Assembly: GCA_945878115.1 (NCBI GenBank)
Contig: CAMDVD010000013.1
Span: 123 to 64,122, forward strand
DNA length: 64,000 nucleotides
Origin: Chitinophaga pinensis
Lineage (GTDB): Bacteria > Bacteroidota > Bacteroidia > Chitinophagales > Chitinophagaceae
Direction of reading: 5' to 3'
Below are positions 36,442 through 46,184 of the stretch, in pieces (positions within the stretch are counted from its first letter, which is position 1; each line of letters begins with the position of its first letter). Below the pieces are notes generated by a model. That model ran no database searches. It had not been told where the DNA came from and saw only the letters and a list, made by a program, of their open reading frames with translations. The translations under genes and the position numbers were made by a program.

Positions 36442-36469
36442 ATTGTTGGTGTTATCACCAACAATTTTT
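36442..36469 (+). terminator. Intrinsic-terminator-like hairpin + T5 (plus-strand sense)
   Basis: ATTGTTGGTG-TTAT-CACCAACAAT followed by TTTT. The U-tract exists only on the plus strand, 22 nt after element copy 3. Confidence 0.45.
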
Positions 36470-36473
36470 AATG

Positions 36474-37112
36474 TTATTTTATTTTCTCCAACTCCGCTTT
36501 CGACACAATTTTATAATCTGCTGGTATAGCGAACACAGCGGATTCAACGCTTTGGATATCTACTACGGTTGCCACAAAACGCATATTGATGCTGTTTGCA
36601 TTTTTGATTTCATATTCTAATGGAATGCCTTGTAAGCTTGGAAACATGGTATTGATATTCTCATTTTGCGGCAAAAGTTCGGTGGTATAATAAAAGGTAG
36701 CAGAGGCAGAATTGGTATAGGTAACTTTAGAAGATACACAACGATAACCCGCAATTTTTTTGGTGTCCTCTAATGGTGTGAGGACCGCTCCATCAAATCG
36801 TTTGTTTTTTTCTTTGATTTCTTCAGGCGACATTTCTAAAGCGTATTTCATGTCATTGCTCATATCTAAGGAGAGCATATTGCCTGTCTTGGAATTGTAA
36901 ATAGTCACATTATTATAGCCACTATTCATTGCCAATTCCCGTTTGATTTGACTGCCTTTGACGGATACAACATAGATACCGTCTGGTTTTGAGCTGGCAT
37001 TTATATATACATCATACTTGATAATGCCTTCTGAAAATAATTTTGGCGCTGCCGCTTCTGCAGTAAAAAGAACAAAGGCACATAGAAGAAAAACAATTTT
37101 AATCGCTTGCAT
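36474..37112 (-). CDS. Hypothetical secreted protein (possibly DUF4412-like)
   Basis: 212 aa with signal peptide MQAIKIVFLLCAFVLFTAEAAA. The family assignment is a weak recollection only. Confidence 0.5.
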   Translation of the reverse strand: MQAIKIVFLLCAFVLFTAEAAAPKLFSEGIIKYDVYINASSKPDGIYVVSVKGSQIKRELAMNSGYNNVTIYNSKTGNMLSLDMSNDMKYALEMSPEEIKEKNKRFDGAVLTPLEDTKKIAGYRCVSSKVTYTNSASATFYYTTELLPQNENINTMFPSLQGIPLEYEIKNANSINMRFVATVVDIQSVESAVFAIPADYKIVSKAELEKIK

Positions 37113-37354
37113 AGATGGGAATTATTTTTGAATGAATAGATAATACCGTCCTTTGGAAAGGAAAGATACTGTCTGTAGACGCGGTATATTAAGTTCTACA
37201 AAGGGTATTCTCATATTGTAAACATACATTTTTGTTTTATTTCCACCGCATACAAATAACATTATTTTTGAAGCGCTACAATTTAGTTTTTATATATTGC
37301 GGCAAATTTAAAGCGAGAATAGAATAGGGGATTCTCGAAAAAAAATATTTATAC

Positions 37355-38131
37355 ATGAAAGTAGTATTATTCGCAGGTGGTTTAGGGACGCGTATTTCAG
37401 AAGAAAGCCATCTTAAACCTAAACCGATGATAGAAATTGGTGGCAAACCGATGTTATGGCATATCATGAATTTATATGCGGCCTATGGTCATCATGAATT
37501 CATTGTTTGTTGTGGTTATAAAGGCTGGGTCATCAAAGAATATTTTAGCAATTACTTCGCTTATAATGCGGATGTGACTATCGATTTGAAAGATAATCAA
37601 ATGACAGTACATCATGCAAATACAGAGCCTTTTAAAGTGACCATGATAGATACAGGTGTAGATACCATGACTGGCGGGCGATTGCAACAAGTATTGCCGT
37701 ATACCAATAATGAACCTTTTATGCTGACTTATGGCGATGGCGTTTGTGATGTAGATATCAATGCGTTGATAGCCTTTCATCAAGAGCATGGTAAAATATG
37801 CACCATGACGACCATTCAACCGAGCAGCAGATTTGGTGTGGTGAATATGCAAGAGGACGGAACGGTGATACAATTTGAAGAAAAACCAGAAGATAGTGGT
37901 ACTTGGATTAATGGCGGATTTTTTGTTTTACAACCTGAAATAAAAAAATATTTGACCAACGATAATATCCAAGAAACCATGTGGGAGCGTCAACCGATGT
38001 ATGACCTTGCACAGGATAGACAAATCGTTGGTTTCAGACATCGTGGTTTTTGGAAATGTATGGACACCATGCGAGACAAAGAAGAATTGGAAAAACTTTG
38101 GATCACCAATCCCCTTTGGAAAAAATGGTAA
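37355..38131 (+). CDS. rfbF: Glucose-1-phosphate cytidylyltransferase
   Basis: MKVVLFAGGLGTRISEESHLKPKPMIEIGGKPMLWHIM is a near-canonical RfbF N-terminus; 258 aa. Confidence 0.9.
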   Translation: MKVVLFAGGLGTRISEESHLKPKPMIEIGGKPMLWHIMNLYAAYGHHEFIVCCGYKGWVIKEYFSNYFAYNADVTIDLKDNQMTVHHANTEPFKVTMIDTGVDTMTGGRLQQVLPYTNNEPFMLTYGDGVCDVDINALIAFHQEHGKICTMTTIQPSSRFGVVNMQEDGTVIQFEEKPEDSGTWINGGFFVLQPEIKKYLTNDNIQETMWERQPMYDLAQDRQIVGFRHRGFWKCMDTMRDKEELEKLWITNPLWKKW

Positions 38132-39213
38132 GTCTCGATTATTTTAAAAAATATTTTAAAGACAAAAAAGTATTTATTACTGGACATACTGGTTTTAAAG
38201 GATCTTGGTTGTTGCAAATACTTGCCTTGTGCGAAGCGAATATTCATGGTTACGCCTTGGCGCCTGAACAGGAGCATGATTTATTTTATCAAATTCAAGG
38301 AGAGCAATTGTGCAGCAAACATATACTCCATGATATTTGTGATGTACAAAGATTGACACAAGAAATATTAGATTTTCAACCAGATTATATTTTTCATTTG
38401 GCTGCGCAACCGCTTGTGTTGAAAGGCTATCAAGAACCATTGTATACTTTTGCGGTGAATACGCAAGGGACTGCAAATGTGTTAGATGCCATTCGTCAAT
38501 TGGAAAACCCTTGTATTGCCATTATGGTAACAACTGATAAAGTGTATGAAAATTTGGATAACGCGGTATTGTTTACAGAGACCGACAAGTTGGGTGGTTA
38601 TGATCCATATTCTGCGAGCAAAGCTGCATGTGAAATTGTAATATCTTCGTATCGTTCTTCCTTTTTTAATGAAGTGAAATATGCGGAACATCAAAAATCC
38701 ATTGCCTCGGTCAGAGCAGGTAATGTGATTGGTGGAGGTGACTTTGCACCGAACCGAATTGTTCCAGATATCATTCGGGCCATTACAAACAATGAAACGG
38801 TGACCTTGCGAAACCCTGCTGCCACAAGGCCTTGGCAACATGTGATAGAACCATTAGGTGCCTATTTATTATTGGCATGTAAAATGAAAGAGGATCCGAT
38901 TTCCTATAATTCTGCATTCAATATTGGACCAGAAGAGAAGGATGTTTTGAGTGTGCAACAATTGACAGAAATTGCGATAGCCGCAGCAGGTAAGGGGTCT
39001 ATGACTATAGAAGAAAATGACCATAAACCACATGAAGCTGCTACCTTGATGTTGGATATCCATAAAGTGAAAACACAATTAGGATGGACACCAAAATTCA
39101 ATGCCGCACAAGCCATTCAAAATACGGTAGCTTGGTATTTGGATACAGCAGCAGCAGATGTAAAATGTGTGCAGCAAATTCAGGACTATTTTGGTAATCC
39201 TACAACAGGATAA
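38125..39213 (+). CDS. rfbG: CDP-glucose 4,6-dehydratase
   Basis: Start at ATG 38125, overlapping the rfbF stop. VFITGHTGFKGSWL Rossmann motif and YSASKAACE catalytic motif. Confidence 0.85.
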   Translation: MVSLDYFKKYFKDKKVFITGHTGFKGSWLLQILALCEANIHGYALAPEQEHDLFYQIQGEQLCSKHILHDICDVQRLTQEILDFQPDYIFHLAAQPLVLKGYQEPLYTFAVNTQGTANVLDAIRQLENPCIAIMVTTDKVYENLDNAVLFTETDKLGGYDPYSASKAACEIVISSYRSSFFNEVKYAEHQKSIASVRAGNVIGGGDFAPNRIVPDIIRAITNNETVTLRNPAATRPWQHVIEPLGAYLLLACKMKEDPISYNSAFNIGPEEKDVLSVQQLTEIAIAAAGKGSMTIEENDHKPHEAATLMLDIHKVKTQLGWTPKFNAAQAIQNTVAWYLDTAAADVKCVQQIQDYFGNPTTG

Positions 39214-39239
39214 TTTTTTTTGAAGCAAATTTATTTCCA

Positions 39240-39776
39240 TTGAACATAGAAAATACAAGCATTGAAAACTTACTACTCATTCGACAATTTCGATTGGATG
39301 ATGCACGAGGTGTATTTGTGAAAACATTTCACGATACAACGATGAAAGCGCATGGCATTGATTTTCATTGTAAGGAAAGTATTTATTCGGTGTCAAGTAA
39401 AGACGTAATTCGTGGCATGCATTTCCATCATCCGCCACATCAACATGCCAAAATTGTTTTCTGTACACAAGGTAGTATACTAGATGTTGCTTTGGATTTG
39501 CGTAAAAATTCTGCAACCTCTGGTCAATATTTTTCTACCGAATTGTCTTTTGCCAATAACCATGCGCTCTATATTCCAGCTGGCTTTGCACATGGATTTT
39601 TAACCACGACGGAAACTGCAACTGCCTATTACTTTATCGATGGTGAATATGCAAGTGCATCCGATGATGGAATTCGTTATGATAGTTTTGGTTTTGATTG
39701 GGGAGTAGAAAATCCAATATTATCTCCTCGTGATCTCCAATTTCAAACCTTAGAAAATTTTAATTCTCCTTTTTAA
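39240..39776 (+). CDS. RmlC-like cupin sugar-nucleotide 3,5-epimerase
   Basis: 178 aa; DARGVFVKTF, IRGMHFHHPPHQHAKIV, DVALDLRKNS and IPAGFAHGF match the dTDP-4-dehydrorhamnose 3,5-epimerase fold. TTG start. Confidence 0.75.
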   Translation: MNIENTSIENLLLIRQFRLDDARGVFVKTFHDTTMKAHGIDFHCKESIYSVSSKDVIRGMHFHHPPHQHAKIVFCTQGSILDVALDLRKNSATSGQYFSTELSFANNHALYIPAGFAHGFLTTTETATAYYFIDGEYASASDDGIRYDSFGFDWGVENPILSPRDLQFQTLENFNSPF

Positions 39777-39785
39777 TACTATCGT

Positions 39786-40670
39786 ATGAAGAATATATTT
39801 ATTGTTGGTGCATCAGGATTGGTTGGTAGTAATTGTCAAAAATATTTTATGCAACATGGGCATACCGTATTAGGGTCTCATTTTTCTTTTCCAACTGCGA
39901 ACACTGTTTTTTTTGATACTTTAAATTTGGATAATCCAGACAATACCAATCTTGATATTTTTCAACCTGATATTATAGTGCATTGTGGCGCGTTGACGCA
40001 TGTTGATTATTGCGAAGACCATGTGGATGAAAGCTATGAAAAGACAGTTTTATCTACCATTCATTGTATTGCATTGGCAAAAAAATATGGAGCCAAATTG
40101 GTTTATATCTCCACAGATTATGTATTTGATGGGCAACACGGACCTTATCAAGAAGCAGATGCTGTGCGACCGCTAAGTATATATGCCAAACATAAATTAG
40201 AAGCAGAGCAATTGGTAATTCAAGCGTCACCTGAAAACCTGGTATTACGTGTTACCAATGTTTATGGACATGAAGAAAGAAATAAAAACTTTGTATCTAG
40301 AATTGTACAACAATGTGTTGCTGGGCAAAAGCTTATTTTGAAACTGCCAATGGATCAATATGCAACACCTGTCAATGCATGGGATATTGCAAGAGCCATG
40401 TATGCATTATTGCAGGATCAACAAGCTGGAATTTTTCATATAGCTAGTACAGATGTGATGAATCGAGTAGAACTTGCACTACATGTGTTGAAATATTTTC
40501 CAGAAGCGGAGTATGAACTCATTCCAATGATCACTTCCGAATTACATCAAGCTGCAGATAGACCTTTACTCGGTGGTTTATTAAAGACCAAGTTTTCTGC
40601 TTTATACCCAAAATTTTTGTTTGGGAACGTGGACTCTTTCGTGAAGGAATGTTTAGCCCTAAATAAATAA
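39786..40670 (+). CDS. RmlD-like NAD(P)-dependent 4-ketoreductase
   Basis: 294 aa; IFIVGASGLVGSN, ISTDYVFDGQHGPYQE and SIYAKHKLEAE (YxxxK). Confidence 0.75.
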   Translation: MKNIFIVGASGLVGSNCQKYFMQHGHTVLGSHFSFPTANTVFFDTLNLDNPDNTNLDIFQPDIIVHCGALTHVDYCEDHVDESYEKTVLSTIHCIALAKKYGAKLVYISTDYVFDGQHGPYQEADAVRPLSIYAKHKLEAEQLVIQASPENLVLRVTNVYGHEERNKNFVSRIVQQCVAGQKLILKLPMDQYATPVNAWDIARAMYALLQDQQAGIFHIASTDVMNRVELALHVLKYFPEAEYELIPMITSELHQAADRPLLGGLLKTKFSALYPKFLFGNVDSFVKECLALNK

Positions 40671-40784
40671 TGCGCCTATTTTTACTAGATTTTACAATTG
40701 TCTTGTTACATTAGTGCTAATATTTCTGCCTTCAAACGATATAGGTTGATTTCTCGTCTTGCCTTTTTATATTTAACTCCTACC

Positions 40785-42752
40785 ATGAAAAAAATAATTA
40801 TTCTAATTGCCATCGTTATTTGTCTTTTACCACAAAGTATTTTTTCGCAAGCAAATGGAACGGTCACACTTGGTCCAGACATCATACAGCCATCTTGTAA
40901 GGATACGGTTGTGTTGCATGCTACCACTACTTCGCCACTTCTAGGAAGTTCAAATTATAGCATTAATCCAATAGCGTATACACCTTATTCTTACTCGGCT
41001 GGAACCAATATAACTTCCGTTTCCAATTCAGATGATTCATGGTCGACTGCCATTAATATACCTTTCCCATTTTGTTTTTTTGACAATACCTATACAACTT
41101 GTGTGGTTGGTTCTAATGGGGCATTAAGTTTTAATATGGCAAATGCAGGCATGTTTATGCCTTGGGCTTTGAACGGAGTTGCGCCTTTGCCTAATACAAC
41201 TTTTACTGCTGCACAAAATTCAATAATGTGTCCTTATCAAGATATTTATCCATTATCTGCTGGCGATGTATTTTACCAAACTTATGGCACAGCGCCTAAT
41301 CGTGTCTTCGTTGTTTCATGGAATCAATGCGCAATGTATAGTTGTACCAATTTGTTAGCCAATCAGCAAATTGCGTTATACGAGACAACCAACGTGATTG
41401 AAACATATATTGGTAATAAGCCAGAGTGTCTAACTTGGAATTCAGGCCGAGCGATTCATGGAATAGAAAATTCGACTGGTACAATTGCTTTTATTGTGCC
41501 AGGTAGAAACTTGCCTACCTCATGGACAACATCCAATGATGGCATGCGATTTTCACCAATCGGTGGCTCAGGAGGTTCTGCTGGTATTACGTTTGAATGG
41601 TATGCGAATGGCAATTTAATTGCTGGGGCTAATACGGATTCTCTTGTTGTTACACCTGCAGTCACTACAAGTTATAGCGTGAAAGCTACTTTTAATTTAT
41701 GTGTAGGTATTGATGTGGAATATGATACTATCAATGTGATTAAGCAATTACCAATTGACTTCATCATTACAAATATCAAAGACCCTTTATGCTTTGCGGG
41801 TACTGACGGTTCGTTCGACGTGACTACGATTAACGGCGGTCCTCCACATACTTTAACCTTAAATAACGTACCTACTAATGCTGGTACACAAAGTGGACTT
41901 GTTGCTGGAACCTATACAATAACTGCAACCGATATTTATGGCTGCAGTAATTCAACAACCGTTACCATTAATCAACCAGACAAAGTGTTCATCGCTATTA
42001 CAGAACATTTGGATGTTTTGTGTAAATACCAAAATAATGGTCATATCCATTTAACAGCAAGTGGGGGAGTCCCTGGTTATGATTATTGGGTAGATCAAAA
42101 TATGCCGCCAAATACACCAAGTACTAATTTCAATTTTGACACTTTAAGAGCCGGTTCTTATATGTTTTATACGCAAGATTCTCATGCCTGTTCGGACTCT
42201 ATTCCTGTGACGATTACAGAGCCAGATACATTATTGAGAGTCTATCAAATTGCGCATGAAGCAACTTGTTTGAATAAAAAAGACGGAAACGTGGAAGCGA
42301 TTGCTAGTGGTGGTGTTCCGCCTTATGCATACGAATGGGATAGTCATCCAATGCAGTATACACAAACGGCAACAGATCTTGAAACGGGGGCTTACCATGT
42401 CCTTGTTACCGATGCCAATGCCTGTATTGCTTCAACCCAAATCCAAGTGGAACAACAATTGTGTTGTCAATTATTTATGCCAACTGCGTTCTCACCAAAT
42501 GGCGATACAAAGAATGATATCTATAGAATCATTGAATATGGCGGTGGTATTACCTTAGGAGAATTTAGAATTTATAATCGTTGGGGACAAGAGGTATTTA
42601 GCACTAGAGATTTGAATACAGGATGGAATGGTACATTCAAAGGAGCAGATGAAGATCCAGATACCTACCATTATATCATGCTTTACACCTGCAATGACAA
42701 AGGCGCCATTAGTCAGAAGATTGCGAAAGGCGATTTTATTTTGGTGAGGTAG
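40785..42752 (+). CDS. Cell-surface protein with SprB-like repeats and gliding-motility-associated (T9SS type B) C-terminal domain
   Basis: Start at ATG 40785 (MKKIIILIAIVICLL). Repeats of the form PLCFAGTDGSFDVTTINGG / ATCLNKKDGNVEAIASGG. C-terminus FMPTAFSPNGDTKNDIYRI...NRWGQEVF...GWNG. Confidence 0.8.
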   Translation: MKKIIILIAIVICLLPQSIFSQANGTVTLGPDIIQPSCKDTVVLHATTTSPLLGSSNYSINPIAYTPYSYSAGTNITSVSNSDDSWSTAINIPFPFCFFDNTYTTCVVGSNGALSFNMANAGMFMPWALNGVAPLPNTTFTAAQNSIMCPYQDIYPLSAGDVFYQTYGTAPNRVFVVSWNQCAMYSCTNLLANQQIALYETTNVIETYIGNKPECLTWNSGRAIHGIENSTGTIAFIVPGRNLPTSWTTSNDGMRFSPIGGSGGSAGITFEWYANGNLIAGANTDSLVVTPAVTTSYSVKATFNLCVGIDVEYDTINVIKQLPIDFIITNIKDPLCFAGTDGSFDVTTINGGPPHTLTLNNVPTNAGTQSGLVAGTYTITATDIYGCSNSTTVTINQPDKVFIAITEHLDVLCKYQNNGHIHLTASGGVPGYDYWVDQNMPPNTPSTNFNFDTLRAGSYMFYTQDSHACSDSIPVTITEPDTLLRVYQIAHEATCLNKKDGNVEAIASGGVPPYAYEWDSHPMQYTQTATDLETGAYHVLVTDANACIASTQIQVEQQLCCQLFMPTAFSPNGDTKNDIYRIIEYGGGITLGEFRIYNRWGQEVFSTRDLNTGWNGTFKGADEDPDTYHYIMLYTCNDKGAISQKIAKGDFILVR

Positions 42753-43001
42753 GGGTGTTTTAATTAGCAGAATCTGTTCCGGAAACCTGTTTGAGATTTA
42801 CAAATCCCGAACAGAATAAGAATTTAATTCCCGAATCCGTATCATCCTTTCATCCGCCTTATCCGTGATGCAGATATTAACAGCAGTGCTTTCTGTTTTC
42901 TTCTTCCACTTTATTGTACAATAAAAATAAAACACTTACATTGGGCTTCTGTATTTGTAGACTTTACAAATATCATTGTATAATACATTCTAATTTTTGA
43001 C

Positions 43002-44270
43002 ATGGAAAGATTTCACGGATTAATCGGGCTCGTGCTCATACTTGGGCTAGCATTTTTAGTATCGAATAATAAAAGAAAAATTAATATTCGCTTGGTATTG
43101 AGTGGTCTCACTCTACAAATGATATTGGCATTGCTTATCTTAAAAGTAGAAGCCGTAAAAAATATTTTTCAATGGTTGGGCAAACAAATGACGCATATCG
43201 AAGCTTTCGCGAAAGAAGGTGCTGGCTTTGTGTATGGCGGTATAATGGTTGATAATTTTCAAGGTGGCAGTGTTGCATATCGAACACCAGCAACTTTTAT
43301 TTTTGGGTTCAGTGTATTGTCTACTATCATTTTAGTTTGCGTGATAGTTGCTATTTTATATCATTTTAGAGTGATGCAATTTATTGTCAGCATCATTGCT
43401 AAAGCGATGAATTTTGTGATGCGTGTCAGTGGAGCAGAAGCATTGAGTAATGTTGCTAGTGCATTCGTTGGGCAAGTGGAAGCGCAAGTGATGATACGAC
43501 CTTATTTGAAAGGCATGACCAAGAGTGAATTATTAGCAAGCATGACAGGAAGTTTGGCTTGTATTGCTGGTGGTATTTTGGTGGTGTATGTTAGTTTCGG
43601 TGCAAAGGCAGAATATTTATTAGCAGCAAGCATGATGGCTGCGCCAGGTGCTTTGGTTATTTCTAAGATTGTATTTCCAGAAACAGAGGAAAGTGAAACG
43701 ATGGGCAATGTGAAATTAGATGTGAAGTCGCCATATAGTAATGTGATTGACGCGATAAGTCATGGTGCTGCTGATGGTATGAAAATTTCTGTGAATGTCA
43801 TTGCCATGTTGATTGGATTTATTGGCTTAATTGCCTTCATCAATTTTTTATTATTGAAGGTTGGTGTGCTTTGTCATTTTGATTTTGCATTTACCCTTGA
43901 TTGGATATTCGGAAAACTCTTTTATCCATTTGCTTGGGCAATGGGCGTGCCTTATCAAGACTTAAATAATGTATCTACTTTGCTGGGACAAAAATTAGTA
44001 GTGAATGAATTTGTTGCATTTTCACACTTGACCGCAAACCCAGCCATAGCAAAGGACGCATTGCCTGTGCTTTCCGAAAAAGGTTTATTGATTGTTAGTT
44101 TTGCCATTTGTGGTTTCGCTAATTTTTCTTCTGTAGGAATGCAGATTGGCGGCATAGGTGCATTGGCGCCTGAACGTAGAGCCGACTTGGCAAAGCTTGG
44201 ATTAAAAGCACTTTTTTGCGGTACATTAGCATCCTATTTATCCGCAACCATTGCAGGTATTATTATGTAA
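43002..44270 (+). CDS. NupC/NupG-family concentrative nucleoside transporter
   Basis: 422-aa polytopic membrane protein with CNT-family motifs (NEFVAF, GFANFSSVGMQIGG). Confidence 0.8.
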   Translation: MERFHGLIGLVLILGLAFLVSNNKRKINIRLVLSGLTLQMILALLILKVEAVKNIFQWLGKQMTHIEAFAKEGAGFVYGGIMVDNFQGGSVAYRTPATFIFGFSVLSTIILVCVIVAILYHFRVMQFIVSIIAKAMNFVMRVSGAEALSNVASAFVGQVEAQVMIRPYLKGMTKSELLASMTGSLACIAGGILVVYVSFGAKAEYLLAASMMAAPGALVISKIVFPETEESETMGNVKLDVKSPYSNVIDAISHGAADGMKISVNVIAMLIGFIGLIAFINFLLLKVGVLCHFDFAFTLDWIFGKLFYPFAWAMGVPYQDLNNVSTLLGQKLVVNEFVAFSHLTANPAIAKDALPVLSEKGLLIVSFAICGFANFSSVGMQIGGIGALAPERRADLAKLGLKALFCGTLASYLSATIAGIIM

Positions 44271-44294
44271 TTATTTTATTTAAAAATATTTTTC

Positions 44295-45281
44295 TTGAAT
44301 ACATCATCGCATATCATTATTACAGGAGCAGCAGGATTTATTGCCAGTTGCATGGCTCGTTTTTTAAATGAAAAAGGGTTTGCCAATTTGTATTTGGTGG
44401 ATGATTTTTCAAGAAGCGATAAGAAAAATAATCATGCGCAAATACAATGTCTCGCTAAAATTGAAAGAAGTGAAATTGGATCATTTTTACAAACCAATGT
44501 GCAAATAGATGCAGTTATACATTTTGGTGCACGAACAGATACAACCGAAATGGATTATCAAATACATGAACAATTAAATGTAGAGTCATCCAAAATATAT
44601 TGGCAGTATTGTACCAAAAATCAGATTCCATTTATCTATGCCTCATCTGCTGCAACTTATGGTAATGGCGAGTTTGGATATGAAGATAATCATACTATTA
44701 TCCAACAATTGCAACCATTAAATCCGTATGGTGTTTCCAAAAATGAATTTGATAAATGGGCTATTGCACAAATAGAACAAGCACCTCCACATTGGTATGG
44801 ATTAAAATTTTTCAATGTGTATGGACCGAATGAATTTCATAAACAAAGAATGGCATCGGTAGTATTTCATGCTTATCATCAAATAAAAAATAATGGCAGT
44901 TTGAAATTATTTCGTTCGCATCATCCTGATTACACAGATGGTGGACAGATGCGAGATTTTATTTATGTCAAAGACGTTTTGGAAGTGACCTATTGGCTAT
45001 TGCAGAATAAACCGAACAATGGTTTGTATAATTTAGGCAGTGGAAAAGCAGCAACATTTTTAGCATTGGCATCCGCTATTTTTTCAGCGATGGGCGTCAA
45101 AGAGAATATTGAATTTATAGATACACCATTGGACATTCGGGATAAGTATCAATATTTTACAGAAGCCAATATGACCAAATTAATGGATGCTGGTTATATC
45201 AAACCTTTTCAAAATATAGAAGAAGGGGTAAGAGATTATGTCAGCAATTATTTAGCGAAAGGAAAGTACTTTGGGGAATGA
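44295..45281 (+). CDS. hldD: ADP-glyceromanno-heptose 6-epimerase
   Basis: 328 aa; IIITGAAGFIAS, YGVSKNEFD and FFNVYGPNE motifs. TTG start. Confidence 0.7.
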   Translation: MNTSSHIIITGAAGFIASCMARFLNEKGFANLYLVDDFSRSDKKNNHAQIQCLAKIERSEIGSFLQTNVQIDAVIHFGARTDTTEMDYQIHEQLNVESSKIYWQYCTKNQIPFIYASSAATYGNGEFGYEDNHTIIQQLQPLNPYGVSKNEFDKWAIAQIEQAPPHWYGLKFFNVYGPNEFHKQRMASVVFHAYHQIKNNGSLKLFRSHHPDYTDGGQMRDFIYVKDVLEVTYWLLQNKPNNGLYNLGSGKAATFLALASAIFSAMGVKENIEFIDTPLDIRDKYQYFTEANMTKLMDAGYIKPFQNIEEGVRDYVSNYLAKGKYFGE

Positions 45282-45334
45282 GGATCCATACACCTATAAA
45301 GTTTTTGAAACCTTATAGGTTTGCCCCTGAATCC

Positions 45335-46045
45335 TTATTTCAAATTATGATATACTTTTTGTACATCTTCATCTTGTTCTAATTTATCCACTAATTCCAA
45401 TACATCTTTCGATTGTTCTTCATTGAGTTCAACAGTAGTCATCGGAATGCGGGTTAAAGTGGATTCAATTGGCGTTATATTTTTCTTTTCCAAAAAATCA
45501 CTCATATTACCAAAGTCGTTGAAGCCTGTACGAATGACAATATTGCCATCGGCATCTTCGCCAATTTCTTCCATTCCAAAATCGATTCCTTCCAATTCTA
45601 ATTCATCAATATCGATGCCTTCATTTTTTAATTTGAATTCGCCCATACGTGTGAATAAAAATGCAACAGATCCACTATTGCCCATGGTGCCTCCGCCTTT
45701 GTTGAAAGCTGCTCGAATATTCGCAACGGTTCTAGTGCCATTGTCGGTTGCAGATTCAACTAAAATAGCAACACCATGTGGTCCAAAACCTTCATACACC
45801 AATTCTTCATAATCCACCAAATCCTTACCTGTAGCACGTTTGATAGCAGCTTCTACACGGTCTTTAGGCATGTTCACAGATTTCGCATTGGCGTAACAAC
45901 GGCGCAAGGCAGAGTTAGTATCTGGGTCTGGTCCACCTGCTTTTACAGCTATTGCAATTTCTTTACCGATGCGTGTAAAGTTTTTTGCCATCTTATCCCA
46001 TCGTGCAAACATTGCCGACTTACGTACTTCAAATATTCTTCCCAT
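45335..46045 (-). CDS. YebC/PmpR-family DNA-binding transcriptional regulator
   Basis: Start at ATG 46045 ([30 protein letters not shown]); 236 aa. Confidence 0.9.
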   Translation of the reverse strand: MGRIFEVRKSAMFARWDKMAKNFTRIGKEIAIAVKAGGPDPDTNSALRRCYANAKSVNMPKDRVEAAIKRATGKDLVDYEELVYEGFGPHGVAILVESATDNGTRTVANIRAAFNKGGGTMGNSGSVAFLFTRMGEFKLKNEGIDIDELELEGIDFGMEEIGEDADGNIVIRTGFNDFGNMSDFLEKKNITPIESTLTRIPMTTVELNEEQSKDVLELVDKLEQDEDVQKVYHNLK

Positions 46046-46184
46046 GATTAGAATTCTTTTATTTAAGGAGGCGAATTTAAGTAAAAAATATGATTCTATT
46101 TTTACTGGTTTTTTCAACATGCAAATAGTAAAAATATTTGGCGAAACTAAACAGGTAATGAAACAGAAGATTATTAGATGCTTT

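Noticed and set aside
33440-36473. Invertible segment (inverton) or composite transposon carrying FAH-pth
   Set aside because: The shared pieces on the two sides are short, diverged and not in mirror order. No invertase, recombinase or transposase gene is nearby, and pth is an essential housekeeping gene. I kept it only as an observation of related repeats on both sides.
36098-36620. ORFs 36098-36301 (minus) and 36390-36620 (plus), and also 37276-37467 and 37472-37873 (minus)
   Set aside because: The first two are translations of hairpin or element repeats; for example RHCWCYHQQ is the ATTGTTGGTGTTATCACCAACAAT palindrome. The latter two lie antisense to, or overlap, the well-supported rfbF gene.
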